Below are positions 9,944 through 22,847 of a stretch of DNA of 64,000 nucleotides, in pieces (positions within the stretch are counted from its first letter, which is position 1; each line of letters starts with the position of its first letter). The stretch is from NCBI RefSeq assembly GCF_022539665.2, contig NC_081331.1:9858001-9922000 (forward strand), written 5' to 3'. The notes beneath the pieces were generated by a model. That model ran no database searches, was not told the origin of the DNA, and saw nothing but the letters and a program-made list of their open reading frames with translations. This DNA comes from Daphnia carinata. Lineage: Eukaryota. The translations under genes and the position numbers were made by a program.

Positions 9944-10640
9944 ATGAATGTTCTTCAGCGCCAATTGGTGGATTGGATTTTGCATACTAGTGGATCTGCT
10001 CATCGCGTCCGAACCAATCAGTACAGCGTTTTGCTAAATAGCTTAAAAAACAGTAATCACATTGCTGAATTCTACAGATTGGCTCCTGCATCATTACTTC
10101 AGACTCTCGTTCGTGATTGTAGCAGTAGCCACGATGCACAGTGAATCTTGGTTCTTTCCTTTCTTGATAAGTTAGCTGCTGCCGACAACCAATGACCGAT
10201 TGCTACCTTTTTGTCTTCTCACGGAGACTTAAAACACATGGTATAAGCACTCAATGTATTGCGCGTGTAGACTATTCACTAGTCTTCAGCATTTGATTAA
10301 TTGAAATGGAAACCATATTCCTTTCTTGTCACTATTAAGGTAGGGAGGGTAAATTCCCTGCTTCAGTTGGACGTTGGGTGCACTAGAAATGCAGCCCAGT
10401 ATGGACGGCTTACGTACCTTCCATGCGTACGAACCACAAATTGACTCGATTGGCTCGTAGTCAGGTGGGAGCCCTTGTGCTCCTAGAGAATGGAATATTT
10501 CATCGCCTTTCAGAAAAGCCTGTCCTTAGCCAACGTCCGGTAGTAACTAGTGGAACTACTGAAAATGCACCGATTATCAAAGATATCCCCCATCGATTCC
10601 ATCAGATCCTTTTCCCCGCTCTCCTGCTTTCCAATACACC
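9944..10640 (+). pseudogene. Nucleoporin Nup205 gene fragment, disabled
   Basis: SLLQTLVRDCSSSHDAQ*ILVLSFLDKLAAADNQ*PIATFLSSHGDLKHM, LRTFHAYE, then after a frameshift LTRLARSQVGALVLLENGIFHRLS...RFHQILFPAL. These match, from memory, Nup205 CRDACDGHEIGRMLALALLDRIV...YLSNSGYLK, KALYTYESK, LTRVA...GALELLRSG and RYRQILLPAL. In-frame TGA at 10142 and 10193, and an intron-like gap after 10240. Confidence 0.75.
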
Positions 10641-11753
10641 GCTCTCAGACATAAGTGATGCATTTCTAACTTTCCCACAGCGACATATTGAGTGCGATTT
10701 TACGCACTTGGAACTTAGCACCTGTGTCTTCCCAGTTGGAGGAAACGGCATTGCTTACCGCCGTCATTTCATGAGCGGCTGGTGGAATGCAGTGTATGAA
10801 GAATTCCCAGGTACAATGGAGGTACGTGGAGAACTGAGTTGTCTCGAACAAGTGACCCTTAATCTATTACTGGTCTATATTTATGGTATGTAAATCAACG
10901 AAATCATTTTATCTTTGGTGCATTAAAAAATTTACCTACCCTTTTTATGATTAGGAGAGAACATTTTGGACAAGTTAGGTCTTGTATCGAGCAAAGTGTG
11001 TTTGCAGGTGGCTGTTAACATTTTAAAACTCGCTCGGGCTCTGACTACACAGAATCGCGCCATTTTTGCGTCAAGCTTTGATCTTTTTAATAAATCATGT
11101 CTCTTCCTGAGAATCCTTATCAAAACCTTGGTCAACTTTTCGACGATTTTGATCAATGCACAAGAGAACAGTGAAATTTGCCGCCACCGATTAGATTCTA
11201 TTAGAGATTTGACGACACAACAGCTGATTGAAGTAATTTCTATAGGATTTTCCATGTTTAATCCGCTTTGTTTTCATTGCAACTTTCAGGATATGGTTTT
11301 ACTTTGGAGAAACAAACACTGCAGATCTTCCTTGGGAAATCCAAGTTAAACAGTTTACTTAAAAACATCACAGTTGATCGAAAACATGTTGTAATGTCAT
11401 AACCAATTCGAGATCTGTGTAAATGCAAACTTCCTGATACCACATACTTTGAGAATTAGTATAAACGTCCTACCATTTTCAAAAGACGTTCTACAGATAC
11501 CTCAATAAGTTAATTGAACAGGCGGTTGTGCGGGTTCTAATTTTACTACCCCTTACCCTATCCTAGATAGGCTCAACGAGATATTTTCTGTGCTTTTAGG
11601 TGAACCAAGTAAATTGAGCAATACTTGTAATATCTAAAAGGGCAGACGTATTTGAATAAATATCTCGGCCGACTAAACATTTTGCAAATTACCACATTTT
11701 GTTGAGAACTTGGTTGTTGGTTTTCACGCATTGCTTTCCAAACAGGCACATGG

Positions 11754-12904
11754 TCATGCGTTCAACGTAGTCAACGCTTTATCATATACTCCAAGAAAGA
11801 TAGCTCCTCCAATTGATATCCAAAGAACTCGCGGGACAATCCCTGCAAAAAGGCTGCCAATTGGAAAAAGAATGTCAATCACAATCATGTTGATGCTAAA
11901 ATTTGACTTGCATTACCCTTTGATACCCTGTGCGAAATAAATGCTTCTCAAAACTAACACAAGTTTTCCACCTGCCTCGATACTGGCAGAATCAGCCAAC
12001 ATGATTCTCGTTTTGGCTACGTCAAGAGGCGTTGTGACTGCTGCAGCTATTCCACCTAAGGATTACAATATATATTTAATATTTAACGGCAAGAGTTATG
12101 GGCACATATTTATGGTTATCTCTACCTGAAAGAGCGCCGCAAATTGATGATTGCCACGCGCTGACTGGTCGACCTTGCTTTTCTGACCAAAAAGATTTCA
12201 TTCCTTCCCACAGAGGAAACTGAATGAATGAAAATGGAATTTCTCGGAGAACGGTCGTGGTGTAACCCCTATACAGCCCAGCGATTCCTTCGCTGCGTAG
12301 GATTGATCGTAATATATGTACACTGGATGAATGGAATCCAGCTTGCCGTCTTTGTTTGACGACCTCGACAGGAACGCGTATCATGCACGCTGCCTAGATA
12401 GAAGTCTCTTAGAAGGAGTCTAGGCCAGGTGCTTATATAACTTACGACTTCACCAAATGCTGCACTGGTCATGTGAACAACTGGTTCCCAAACAGTGAAG
12501 ATGCCATTATGTTTTAATATACGTTTGGTATTCTCGTAAGTGCAAAAAAACAGAGCCGCTGCAACAAGAGGTCAAGCTGGATGAAAAATTTCATTTAGAA
12601 ATAGGAAAATTTAACACACTTTACCGGTGGGAGCTGAGCCCAAGACAGCCGTTCCGAGTCCAGAATATACTCCACGAAACCCTCCTGACCTGACAAAACC
12701 GTCAGGACTTTGAAGTCTTGTTTTCAAAGTATCTAGTGGAAATAGCCCAGCATCTACAGCCATTCCTGCGATTCCACCGGCCTGTAGGATTTAGACAAAC
12801 AGTGAAGTTTTACGCCGGAAACAATAAACATGAACCAATGAACCAATGCAGGTTACCAATAAGAAGTTCCGGAGTGGCACGTTTGGATTAAGTTCGACGC
12901 TCAT
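11754..12904 (-). CDS. SLC25A26: Mitochondrial S-adenosylmethionine carrier (SAMC), multi-exon
   Basis: ATG at 12904, exon 1 12904-12857, exon 2 12781-12625 ([25 protein letters not shown]...[10 protein letters not shown]...GSAPT). Later exons give [49 protein letters not shown] and [24 protein letters not shown]. Three Px[DE]xx[KR]x[KR] carrier motifs. Stop at 11754-11756. Confidence 0.93.
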
Positions 12905-13952
12905 GTTCTATAAGTGGTAGTTCTTCAGGCTTTCCATAAATCTACCTTATTTATAGAGTGTTGCTTAGGCAGCTGTTAGCTAAAAAGACCAAATATTTAT
13001 ATTTTAAATAAAATTTCTGTTTTGGGCATAACACTAGGTTGGCAAGGTTCTTTTTACTTGTTGACAAATGAAGGAGGCAAAAACAATATAAAAGTGTTGA
13101 GAAAATTATGTAAATGGCTAAAATAAGGCAGTTTAATACATATTACATAATTCTGATTTCCAAAATCCCAATCTCTGTTTTTGTTTTATTTAGTTTTCTT
13201 TTGGTTGAATTAAAAGTTTGCTTTCTAAGTGAGTTGCTACCTTATGTTAGGTAAAAGAATAGGAAAACCAGCCAACAAATTCCTCACTACGTCGAACTGC
13301 AAGCATTTGCATAAAAATAAGGTTTTTTTTTTTTGTGTGTGTGGTGCAACTGCTAGCAGCCCGTCACCATTACTGATAAACGAACATTTGAAGCTCGGAA
13401 ACATTTCTGAAAAGTACATTACCAAAATTCATAAGTTAGAGAAATCAAAGAGCACGACTATGCCATACGAATTTAAATAGCAAGTAATAATTGGTTAATA
13501 TTAAGCTTTAAAATGCGGAATTTGTTTGGTACTTTGACATATTTCACCGGTTCCGTCGTCTGGTTGAATACATGCACAGAGTTGTCACATGGGTAATACA
13601 CCTAAAGCAATTAATCATTCTAAAATTCTTATTCATAAAATATGCATGACTAGTAATGCTTTACTTTTAAATTAAATTAAAAATAATCTGAAGAAATGCG
13701 TCTAGCTATAAACAAGCATATAGCTAGAGTTTATGAAATGGTGAGGTATATGACGTCATTGGCTTGCCTAGCTAACTAGCTGACTCGGTGACATTTGGGC
13801 GTGGTAAACATACTTGAATGCCCTGTAGGCAAGACTTACCTCCCGTGTTGTGATGAATCTTGGTTTAGCACGTTGCTATCTGCGATTTATGAATCGCTAT
13901 TAAAAATCAATCATATTTATAAAGAAGCCAAGTTACTATATATTGCCTGAAC

Positions 13953-14677
13953 ATGCGACGTGTAGAAGTTATAGCTTCCGTAACAGTTCTTGTTACATTC
14001 TCATTTTTGCCATGTAAGCTGTTAATCATTCCTTTTTATGTTTACATCAAATTTACTATAATTCTTTTATAGGTATCTGTGCAAGGCTTTGCCAGAGACA
14101 AAGCCATGGACTGTCAAACAATGCCACTGCATCACAATCTTCTGATAGTCAAGATCTCTATCACTGCCCCCGATTAGGAGATCCTTCTCACTTCACTGAT
14201 TGCTGCTATTCCGATAGTAAAATCTCTGGTGAGTGCTGTGAAAGAAAGCACCATGATTTTGTCTCTGGATTTGATGATAGGTAACTACAGTGTTTGTTGA
14301 ACATATTTAATATTTTATGGGGCACTTCATTTTACTGTCATCTTTTATGAATGATTTGCACAGTTTGCTGATAGTAATATCAGTAGGAGTCATCATTTCC
14401 TGTCTTTTGTCATCTGTGTTGGTACTCATTTGCTGTTTTTGCAGTAGGTGTCCCCTGTATTCTGTCTGTCACAGCAAGTACCAACATAATGACACCATTG
14501 CCTTTTGTAAGTTCCTGCAAAGTTTCTAACTACCTTATACTAACTGTGATTTTTGTCCATCTAGCTACCAAAGAAGAATTAATGAAACTAAATGGTATGC
14601 CAAACGAAGATTACAAGATACAACATGGTTATGAGCCTAATGCTGTTCAGGTTAGGCCAGTCCACTACGATGCGTAA
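13953..14677 (+). CDS. Shisa-like single-pass membrane protein; exons ~13953-14013, 14073-14280, 14364-14506, 14565-14677
   Basis: Spliced in-frame model: signal-like MRRVEVIASVTVLVTFSFLPC, a Cys-rich ectodomain (C...YHCPR...DCCY...ECC), a TM helix LLIVISVGVIISCLLSSVLVLI, a juxtamembrane CCFCSRCPLY and a short tail. Confidence 0.7.
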
Positions 14678-15055
14678 TGATACTCCAACGCTCATCTCTC
14701 ACCAAAGAACTCTTAGCACAGTTAATTATAATACTTAATGAATCTCAACGAATTCTATACGAAGACATCACGCTGCGTTTCTGATATAACTCAACTTCAT
14801 ACTGTCCAACGATGCTTTTGTGCGTTGCACAAAAATATTTTGCGCTATTATTATGCCTAATATGGTGACATAATCTCGTCCATTTTGATGCTTTAGACGT
14901 AATTGATCCTAGAAGAATTGTGAAACTAGTCACAGGTGCAGCTATAATTTTTTTTGCCTATCTTGTACCGACTCTTGACAACGGAAACCAAAAATGCAAT
15001 TTCGTTTACTGAAGCCATCCATTGCTTGCAAAAATACAAGCTTTCATACAACGGT

Positions 15056-18000
15056 TTATCTAACACGGTCTTTCATTCGTCGGAAGGAAAGTGGAATACG
15101 TCTCCCGATCCACGATCGGATATTCTTGAGCTTCCCATTTGGGATCTTCTTCTCGTGCTCTGCCCGCAGGACTCTGACAGCCAACATAACATCAGAGTAC
15201 AGCTTCTCATGCTGGCTTAGCTTTCGATGGAATGCCTCGTAGCATAGCCAAGCCGTCTCTGTCTTGCTAAGGATAATCTTGACATCTTTTCTACGTCGGC
15301 GGAGGCTGCTGACGTGGCCGACCATTTTAGAGCAACATTCTCTTATCACGGTATGGGCAAGAAAGCGAGCGTCGACGGCTTTGTCACGAGAATGACGCGG
15401 GACTGTGCGCATGAGAATGTGTTTCACTATAGCGTGGAACCGGAAAGCGGCCATAAGGCAAGCACAGAACATTGATCGCACGACCGTCGGTTTCCTGTTC
15501 ACTGTTGCGTCTAGGTAAATGGTCTAAAATAGAGAAAACAAACAATTGATAAAAATTAAAAACCTAAAACGAATGTGCAGTAAACAAAATCACCTCGATT
15601 TTCAATGTTGAAATGCCTTGAATACGTTTGAGTAACAATTTGCCTGGCTCTCCAGCGGGCGTTGTGATGCAATGGATGATATCCGTTCCTTCGTACTTGG
15701 TATAGTCACCACGTATTTCCAATGTTTTCGTGTGAAATTGAAGGCCACAGAACGAGAACCAAACGGGTTTCCGGACAGGTGGAGCCTGGGCTTGATCACT
15801 GGATATGCTGAGATCCAAGTTGGTTGCCGACTTGTCGATGTTGACGTAAGCATTATAGTCCGTAAAGCCCTGATGAATCCGATGATGGAAAGCTCTAGCA
15901 CGTTCACCACTGGTAGTTAAATAAAGAAAGTCGTCAACCACCCGAATAAGCAAGTCATCGGGACTTTCGAGAAATTCAGACAAATGTTCTCGCACCATAT
16001 GGCCGTAGTAGATGTGACATAGAGCGCTAGATAGACGAGATCCCTGTGGTATTCCTCGCTTCAATTTATAATGCGCCTTGTCATGGTGAACAACGTGCAC
16101 CTCACGAACGGACCTGATGGCAAATTCTAGGATTTTGGTCGTGTTCAGTTTCTCGGCTCGCATTCCCGTATGGAAAACGACAGAGCCGGGCGCCATTTGC
16201 TGGACCCATCCTTCCGGATCATTTGTATGAAAATACGGGATGACCTGGAAGGGTTTACTCCGTCGGCCATCGGCAGTGACACTGCAAAACGTACGCACCT
16301 GTAGTTCTCTAGGAAGGATATGGCCGTACCACCGTAGAAGGTCCACCATCCTGTCGTGATTTATGGAACCGAAAGCGTCTTCGACGTCTGCATGAACAAA
16401 ATAAACGGGATCCTTAAATCCGCGCTTGATGAACTGAACCCACTTGCGGTGCAAACTGTGGGTCGACTTGGCATCCATCCCTTCCACATAAAGACTAGTA
16501 ATGGTATGGAGAAGTAAACGGGCAGTGTTGACTTGTTTACGATTGGTATTGCGGAACTTGGTGGACATGATGGGTCGCGCGCCATTCTTTTTTGGAACAA
16601 AACGCAACCGAGTGAAAAGTAAGAGATTCTGCAATTCCAAAATCGCATTGGGATCCTTCCATTTCTCCAGGACGGGCAAAGGTTGGCGTAGACTGACAGA
16701 GCAGATCGAGCGTAACATTCGATGATGGATCTTTTGCCACACATCTTTCGAATAGAAAAATATTCGATTGCGGCCGTAAGACGTTTCGGTTGCGTAAAAA
16801 TGTTGCCGGATCAAAGGTTTAACGAAACCCATGAAAAGCCAAACGATCAATCTCGCCAGCAATGAAATCTTGACGGCTAAGCTGGGCAAGTGAGAAAACC
16901 AGCGGCATTTATTTGTGCGCATCGACTGAATGAGATCATTGAGCGTAAACGATGTGCCTCTACCGGCTTCAATGAATCGTCGGACGTTCGACAGAAATAT
17001 TTGCTGGTTGGTTTGGCCGCCCAGCAACTCAATTGGCACGACTTTCTTCACAATACATCTGATAAACTCATAGACACGACCGGCGTCCAAGAACGATTTT
17101 TGCGGGTTTGCATCTGCCAACATCCGGCGAACAATTGAGTTGTACCGACATCGGCGATGATTCTTCACCATGGCCTCAATCAACTCGCCCAACAGCGGCA
17201 AATCTGATCGGAGCTGATCTTCTGATTCGCTACATTCGCCACCTACTGACGTTCTCAAAATAGCTACCACGGTCGGAATTGGCGAGGCATGTGAGACGGG
17301 ATGGGTAATCGGAAAGTGGGTCCAGCCAGAACTACTGTACATGATTTCATCGTGCGGAATTTTCATCGACCCATTTAGAGCACTTCGTTTGTCAACGATT
17401 TGTTTGGTTATCAACTTGTTGCGCCCGCGTCTGGTTTTTCTCTTTCCAATTTCCTCTCTTCGAACAGTCTCATGTACGCAATCCTTTTTCGGCTCGGCTG
17501 CTAAAGTTAAATGAATAGGCGGACAAAGACTGCTACCTTCCCTTAGGCGGACTTTTTTCAAAATCGGCACCAACGATGTCGGTGGGGATTTCATGACAGG
17601 AATGTTATCGATCGTCGATACGACACACTGGGTAGTATGTTGAGGAAACTCCACGATACGGGTTTGCCCATCGCTGGTTGTGAGTCGAATTTTCTTTAAT
17701 GGCCGCTGGACGGACGGGTAGTCACGAAATGGAAGATTAGATGTGTTCGGGACTTTTGCTATTGCGTGTTCCTCTTTCTTGCGTTTGACGGCCTTTGGTA
17801 TGGCACGATATTGAAAAATGGGAGGAAACATTTTTCCAAGTTTCCTTTATCCAGTGGGCCACTGATTTGCAGCCAGGCTCTGCGTCCAACAAGGACAAAA
17901 ATGCTGCAATGAATAAGGAGGCATTTCATCTTTCTCGTACCCAATTCCGAGTGCAGCTTTTCCCAATCGCTCCTGGCCGCATGCGGAATAAAGGGACATT

Positions 18001-18313
18001 CACAGGTCTTCATTGGTTGCCCGGTCGTTGCTACACATGGTAGGTACCATTTGTCCTTAAGGCCTCTCATGAACAAATGGGAATCGCATGACTCGGTTAA
18101 TTCGTACCAGTCCAGCTGTTGTTCGGGTTCAACCTGCGGCGCTGCCTGTGGCTTGCATTCAGGCGTCCGAACATGGATGACTGCAGCATTTCGAAATATT
18201 TGTGGCAAAAGGCTCTTGCTGCTCGTTCCGTCGTCCTTCAAAATGTCGGCTAAGCTGACAACCTGCCTATCGGCAAAGACTTTCTCCAGGACACTGAATC
18301 CGCTTTCCGTCAT
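15056..18313 (-). CDS. TERT: Telomerase reverse transcriptase; coding segments 18313-15594 (with a -1 frame break near 17835) and 15523-15056
   Basis: TEN/GQ (WEKLHSELG...LLIHCSIF...LQISGP), CP (HRRCRY), QFP (VYEFIRCIVKKVVPIELLG), T (FYATETSYGRNRIFFYSKDVW), motifs 1/2 (RLRFVPKKNGARPI), A (HADVEDAFGSI), B' (GIPQGSRLSSALCHIYY), C (IRVVDDFLYLT), D (VNIDK), E (WFSFCGL), CTE (IYLDATVN...AAFRFHA). GT-AG intron 15593-15524. Confidence 0.95.
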
Positions 18314-19439
18314 CGGGAATTCTGTTTCAAAATAAGAAATAAAATAAACTAAGACATTGAATCAATCGGGCAAGACAGAAAATTTCAAAATTGCCTTTCC
18401 AATTCACCCTATTTTCTTTTAATATACATCAATCAATGGTAGGTTGAGTCACTGTGGTCTGATATTTAAATGGGTTCTGCTTTCCACGGCTCATTCAACT
18501 TTGCATACTAATTGGAGCGCTGGTTGTACGATGGGAGTAACGACCGGCAGTTTTTTTTTCAAGACACATGGAATTAGAAAAGGGAAAGTGGGGCATTCGT
18601 TCATATGCGAGTTGCCTCGTGAAAATCTTTTACCACAAACAGCAGAAATTACCATCACCTCCCACTCGATATATCCTGAAGCAATGAATAGTTGTAAGAA
18701 CTTCTAGTTCTAACGCTATTTTTTTGCCGCAAAGTCATCTGTGTCTCATAACAGCATCGGACGAACGGTATAATTTCAACAGGTGAACAAAATGCATACA
18801 ATACATAAGACATAAATGATTATGCAAAACATGGCTTCAATGAAAGCTTTGTTTGACTGAATTTCTCACAAAGAAATGACTTCAAGGCCTCCATTATTTA
18901 TGAAGTACCATAGGCAATGAAATAAGAGTGTTACCATACAATAAAGTCATTTGTTAATCTCAGTAACTTGATAAGTATATGACACACAGCTGTGTACAAT
19001 ACATTCTTTGGTGATTTAAAAACCTATACTAACTGAGCTAAATGTAATCTGGACAAGTTAAGCAAACAGACCAAGTTTTGATGTCAATAATGTTTCACTA
19101 AAAATGTAAAGAGCTATGGGTGCATACATCATGCTGATTATCAAAGATAAGCAACTCAAATATGAAAGCAGACGTGACGTAATTAAACGGACAGAAATAA
19201 GTCGTAGAAGCCAATTTCCTTAAACCCAGTTTCTCAACCACCCATTTGGCTAAACCGAGCTCATCGTATAAAAAAATACAAAATTACATCTTCGTTTGAG
19301 GCGAATAAATTATATAACTGATGAATAAAGATATGCCAGTCATGGATATTGATGAGGCTAGCCTATCATGAATGACGTTACTTACATTCGACTCTTTCCA
19401 TGATGGATATCAGCGCGAGATCCCACGACAAAAACATAC

Positions 19440-20070
19440 TGAGCGTCGTCTGCAATGGATGAGTCATCTCCATTTTGAGCCAGTGTTGACAATATCTTTT
19501 CTGAAGCAAAAACGACGATAAAATATCTAGACTAATAAAAAAATATTGTATGCTATATTCTAATTGTTTAAAAATAATTATGAACTTGTTTGAAAAAGAA
19601 ATAACTCAAAAGAGGTTCGTGCAAACGCGCGCCTGTCCTGCCGAAGGAGTGTACTTCTCCTCCCCTATGGGAAAGAAATAAAGATGGCGCTACTGCCGGC
19701 TCACGGGAGGAACCTTGTGCATGTTTAGTGAGTTTCTCCCGACAGTCTGTTACGGACGTGTCTGTGTTTTTGGGGATTGTGACTCGTTTGACTCTTTATT
19801 TTTTCACTGCTAATGTCCATTTGCAGTGTATGTGTATGTGTTTTGTGAGGCCATATTTTTTTTTTGCAGCCGTTAGTGGACTTATTTCTACGTGTGTTGG
19901 AATTTCCCTTTTTTGGGAGGGTTGGACACGTTGTTAGTCGAAATAACTCCTGTTTAGCACTTGTGTGTGTGGTGGTCATCGGTATTTGCAACGGATATCT
20001 CAGGGTGAGTATCAAGAACGACATGTTCCTATTGAGTTTTATCAGAATTATTTCTCTATCGATATGGCGA
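19440..20070. promoter_or_regulatory. Probable divergent promoter region between TERT (-) and the PMCA locus (+)
   Basis: YY1/Pho-type AAGATGGCG at 19681, DRE TATCGATA at 20057-20064, plus-strand GTGAGT donors at ~19728 and ~20005, minus-strand GTAAG donor at ~19385. The TSS is not directly visible. Confidence 0.35.
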
Positions 20071-22811
20071 ACGTTTTTTCCCTCGTTTTCTTCTACACCG
20101 GCAAGATCCCGAGTAAAGCAGCTGTCTGGAAATAATTCATTCTCGATTCGTGTCCCACAAAACGTGACCTTGTTTTTAAACTTCACTAGACTCGAAATCG
20201 TTGCCAAAATGGAAAGGGATTTTTCTCTTTTTTTTTTTTCGTTTGTTAAAGAATTTATACACGCACATGAAAGAAAAGGGGATGACGAATAACTCGAGGG
20301 TGTTTGTTTTTTCTTTCAAAGTAAGCCTTGATATTTTTTGCTCGTTGGCGTGCTGTTGAAAAAAACAATCCATTCGTTTTTTCCCTAATTAAAATAGACT
20401 GTGCGTCATCCAACTAAGATATCTTCACATTTTCGTGATGGATGAGCATGTGAAAAAAGTCCTCAACACATAAAAGATCCACAGAGACACAGAGGCTGCT
20501 ATTTTCGTCAATAAAAATGTCGAGTTCCCTAGTCTACGCGCTTGCGCCTCGTTTCCTCTCTGAAATTGGGGATTTCTAATCAGGTCGTTGCCATTTCTTT
20601 TTTCGTTCTCTTTTTATTTTATTTTTCAAAATGTGTGCCCTCCGTGTATGTGCACATAACCGCAGTGGTTATTATGGTTTTTTTTTTTTCTGCTTTAACC
20701 TCAGAGCTGAAATATCAACCCTATAGCTACAGTGAGATTGTCTGCATTATGTAGGTCATGTCTTCCTATCTCAGGTTGGCGCTGCTGCCGCCGGTTGCTG
20801 CTTTGTAAATAAAAAAAGGCCTTTCTCTTCTTTGTGTAAAAGGAAAAAAAAAAGAGAAATTAAATACGTAATGATAGCTTGCGTTCGCTAACATCATTTG
20901 CAACGCCATTGAATCATTTTTTCCCCGGCTGTACTAATATCCGTGAACGATTCTGTATCATCGCTGTCCTTAATAGCGTCGAATTAAATCACTGAACAAA
21001 GGTGTCTTCGTCTTTTTCCTACGTGAGAAATGGTCAGTCACGTGGTAGATGAGAACAATGGCTAATTTAAAGGTGTTGCATCTATCGAACATTTTCAGCC
21101 GTTTTCCTCCAGTTTTTTAATTTGCAAGAATATTATGAAAGCGTAGAGCTGCATTTTATTCCAATCACGATGTTCTAGTTGGGTATCGTTTGAAAAATGT
21201 CAACTACCAATTTTTTATGCAACTCTACGTCTGTCCATTGTTTTTTTGTTCGCCGAAACGATGACATCCCTTCATCAATTTTAGTATTTTCTGTAAATGA
21301 ACGTGTGACGCAATCCTTCCCTCTATCGTCATGTTTGGCAGACTCGATTGTTGTCGTCCCTTTTAAGTGATCAGAATCGATGTTAGTCAGGTTTATCTGT
21401 CGCCGGAGCCAAAAGAGGCAACATGTTATCTAGAGTTAGGACACTTTCATTTTTATCAGTTTTTGGTCTTGTCCTAAATATCAGATGTTACGCGATAGTT
21501 TGATCATAAACAATTAACTTTTATTTGCTCTGTTCCCTTTCGATTTTAGATTTCTCTACAACGGATAATGGAGGGTCGCAATACTAACTGATTGATCGAT
21601 AGAATTTTGTGATCGAGTGACACACATAGACACGAGTGGGTACCGGCAAGCGGACGACAACTGCCGATAGACTTCCCTTTTCTTTTTTTTTCCTCCTGGA
21701 GGCATGGAACGCCACTCCGGGAAGGTTTCTTCTACCGCATCTATCACATCCTATTTCAGGTACCTATTGATTCTTTTCCATTGGATTTTCTTCTTTTTCA
21801 CGTTTTCACGGTGTGTGTGTGTGTGTGTGTGTGGCAGCCCCTAGAAAAGCGAAAAAAAGAAGAAGATTTGGTGAAAACGAAGCGCGTCGGGTTGCTTATT
21901 TCACAACGATTGGTTGGATCGATTATGTATGTATGTGGCTCTTGTATGGATGAAGCTTTATCATCTATCATTACTTGTACACACACACACACACGGGAGA
22001 AAGAGAAACAAGTATAGCGAAAAGCGGGTTCTCCGCCAATGTCGTATTGATTTCGAGTTTGTTTTTTTTTTCGGAGCCGCAAAGCGCATTGTGCCCTGTC
22101 GCCGGGTGCAGCTCAATTATTTTCATTAGAGTTAGTAATAGTCGCTATTTGTCAGTCATCTTCGATTGCATCGTCGCCACCCTCTACTATTGTTTTTTTT
22201 TTTTTTTGTTTGTTTTTGGCCCGTTACCTTCCATTTATATTAGTTTGTTTTTTATGACCGGCATGGGAATTCGAACCGGTGAAATGCCCAATAAATGCCT
22301 AGCGTTGGGCGTTGGTATTGAAGTTTTTGTTTTCATCATCCGACACCACTCCGACTGTTTTGTTTTTTTCAGTTGGTCCAATGAAAGGCATTAGTCCGAT
22401 TAGTGATTTAACCCCCAACCGCCTATTCCTTTTAGTCATTCGCTCGTCTGTTCACGCACTCTCACCCACACACTGACGTCGAGGCTACAGGAACATGGAA
22501 AAGAGCTGGAACGTGTTGTTCTGCTTCTTCTTTTCTCCACTCTACTGTTCGATGCAGGGGCTTTTCTTTTTTTTTTTTTGAACACCCTTTCTCGCTTTAG
22601 CTTATTAACTGTTTACCGGGAGCGAGGGGGACTCTGAGAGTGTGCCCTAACAGAAGAAAACCTACACTGCAGTGCTCTGCGGGAGACTGCCATTGTTGTG
22701 TCGTACCTTTTTGGCTCAATGATTACCACCGTACACGAATTTTCCATTTTTATTTTTCACTTGATGAAGTTCCATTTTGCGTAAGACCGGTGGACCTCTG
22801 TTTTGGGGCGG

Positions 22812-22847
<36 letters not shown>

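Noticed and set aside
10932..11443. Minus-strand ORF fragments (FPRKICSVCF...; RKRHDLLKRSK...) suggesting a decayed gene or transposon
   Set aside because: Interrupted by stops, and no family could be recognised with confidence.
19319..19442. TGATGA...CTGA pair suggesting a C/D box snoRNA
   Set aside because: No clear terminal stem or recognisable rRNA guide, and the motifs are too short to support a call.
19386..19473. Minus-strand ATG exon that, if spliced to the TERT acceptor at 18321, would form a 29-codon uORF ending just before the TERT ATG
   Set aside because: A closer donor near 18407 fits typical short introns equally well, so exon connectivity cannot be determined without cDNA.
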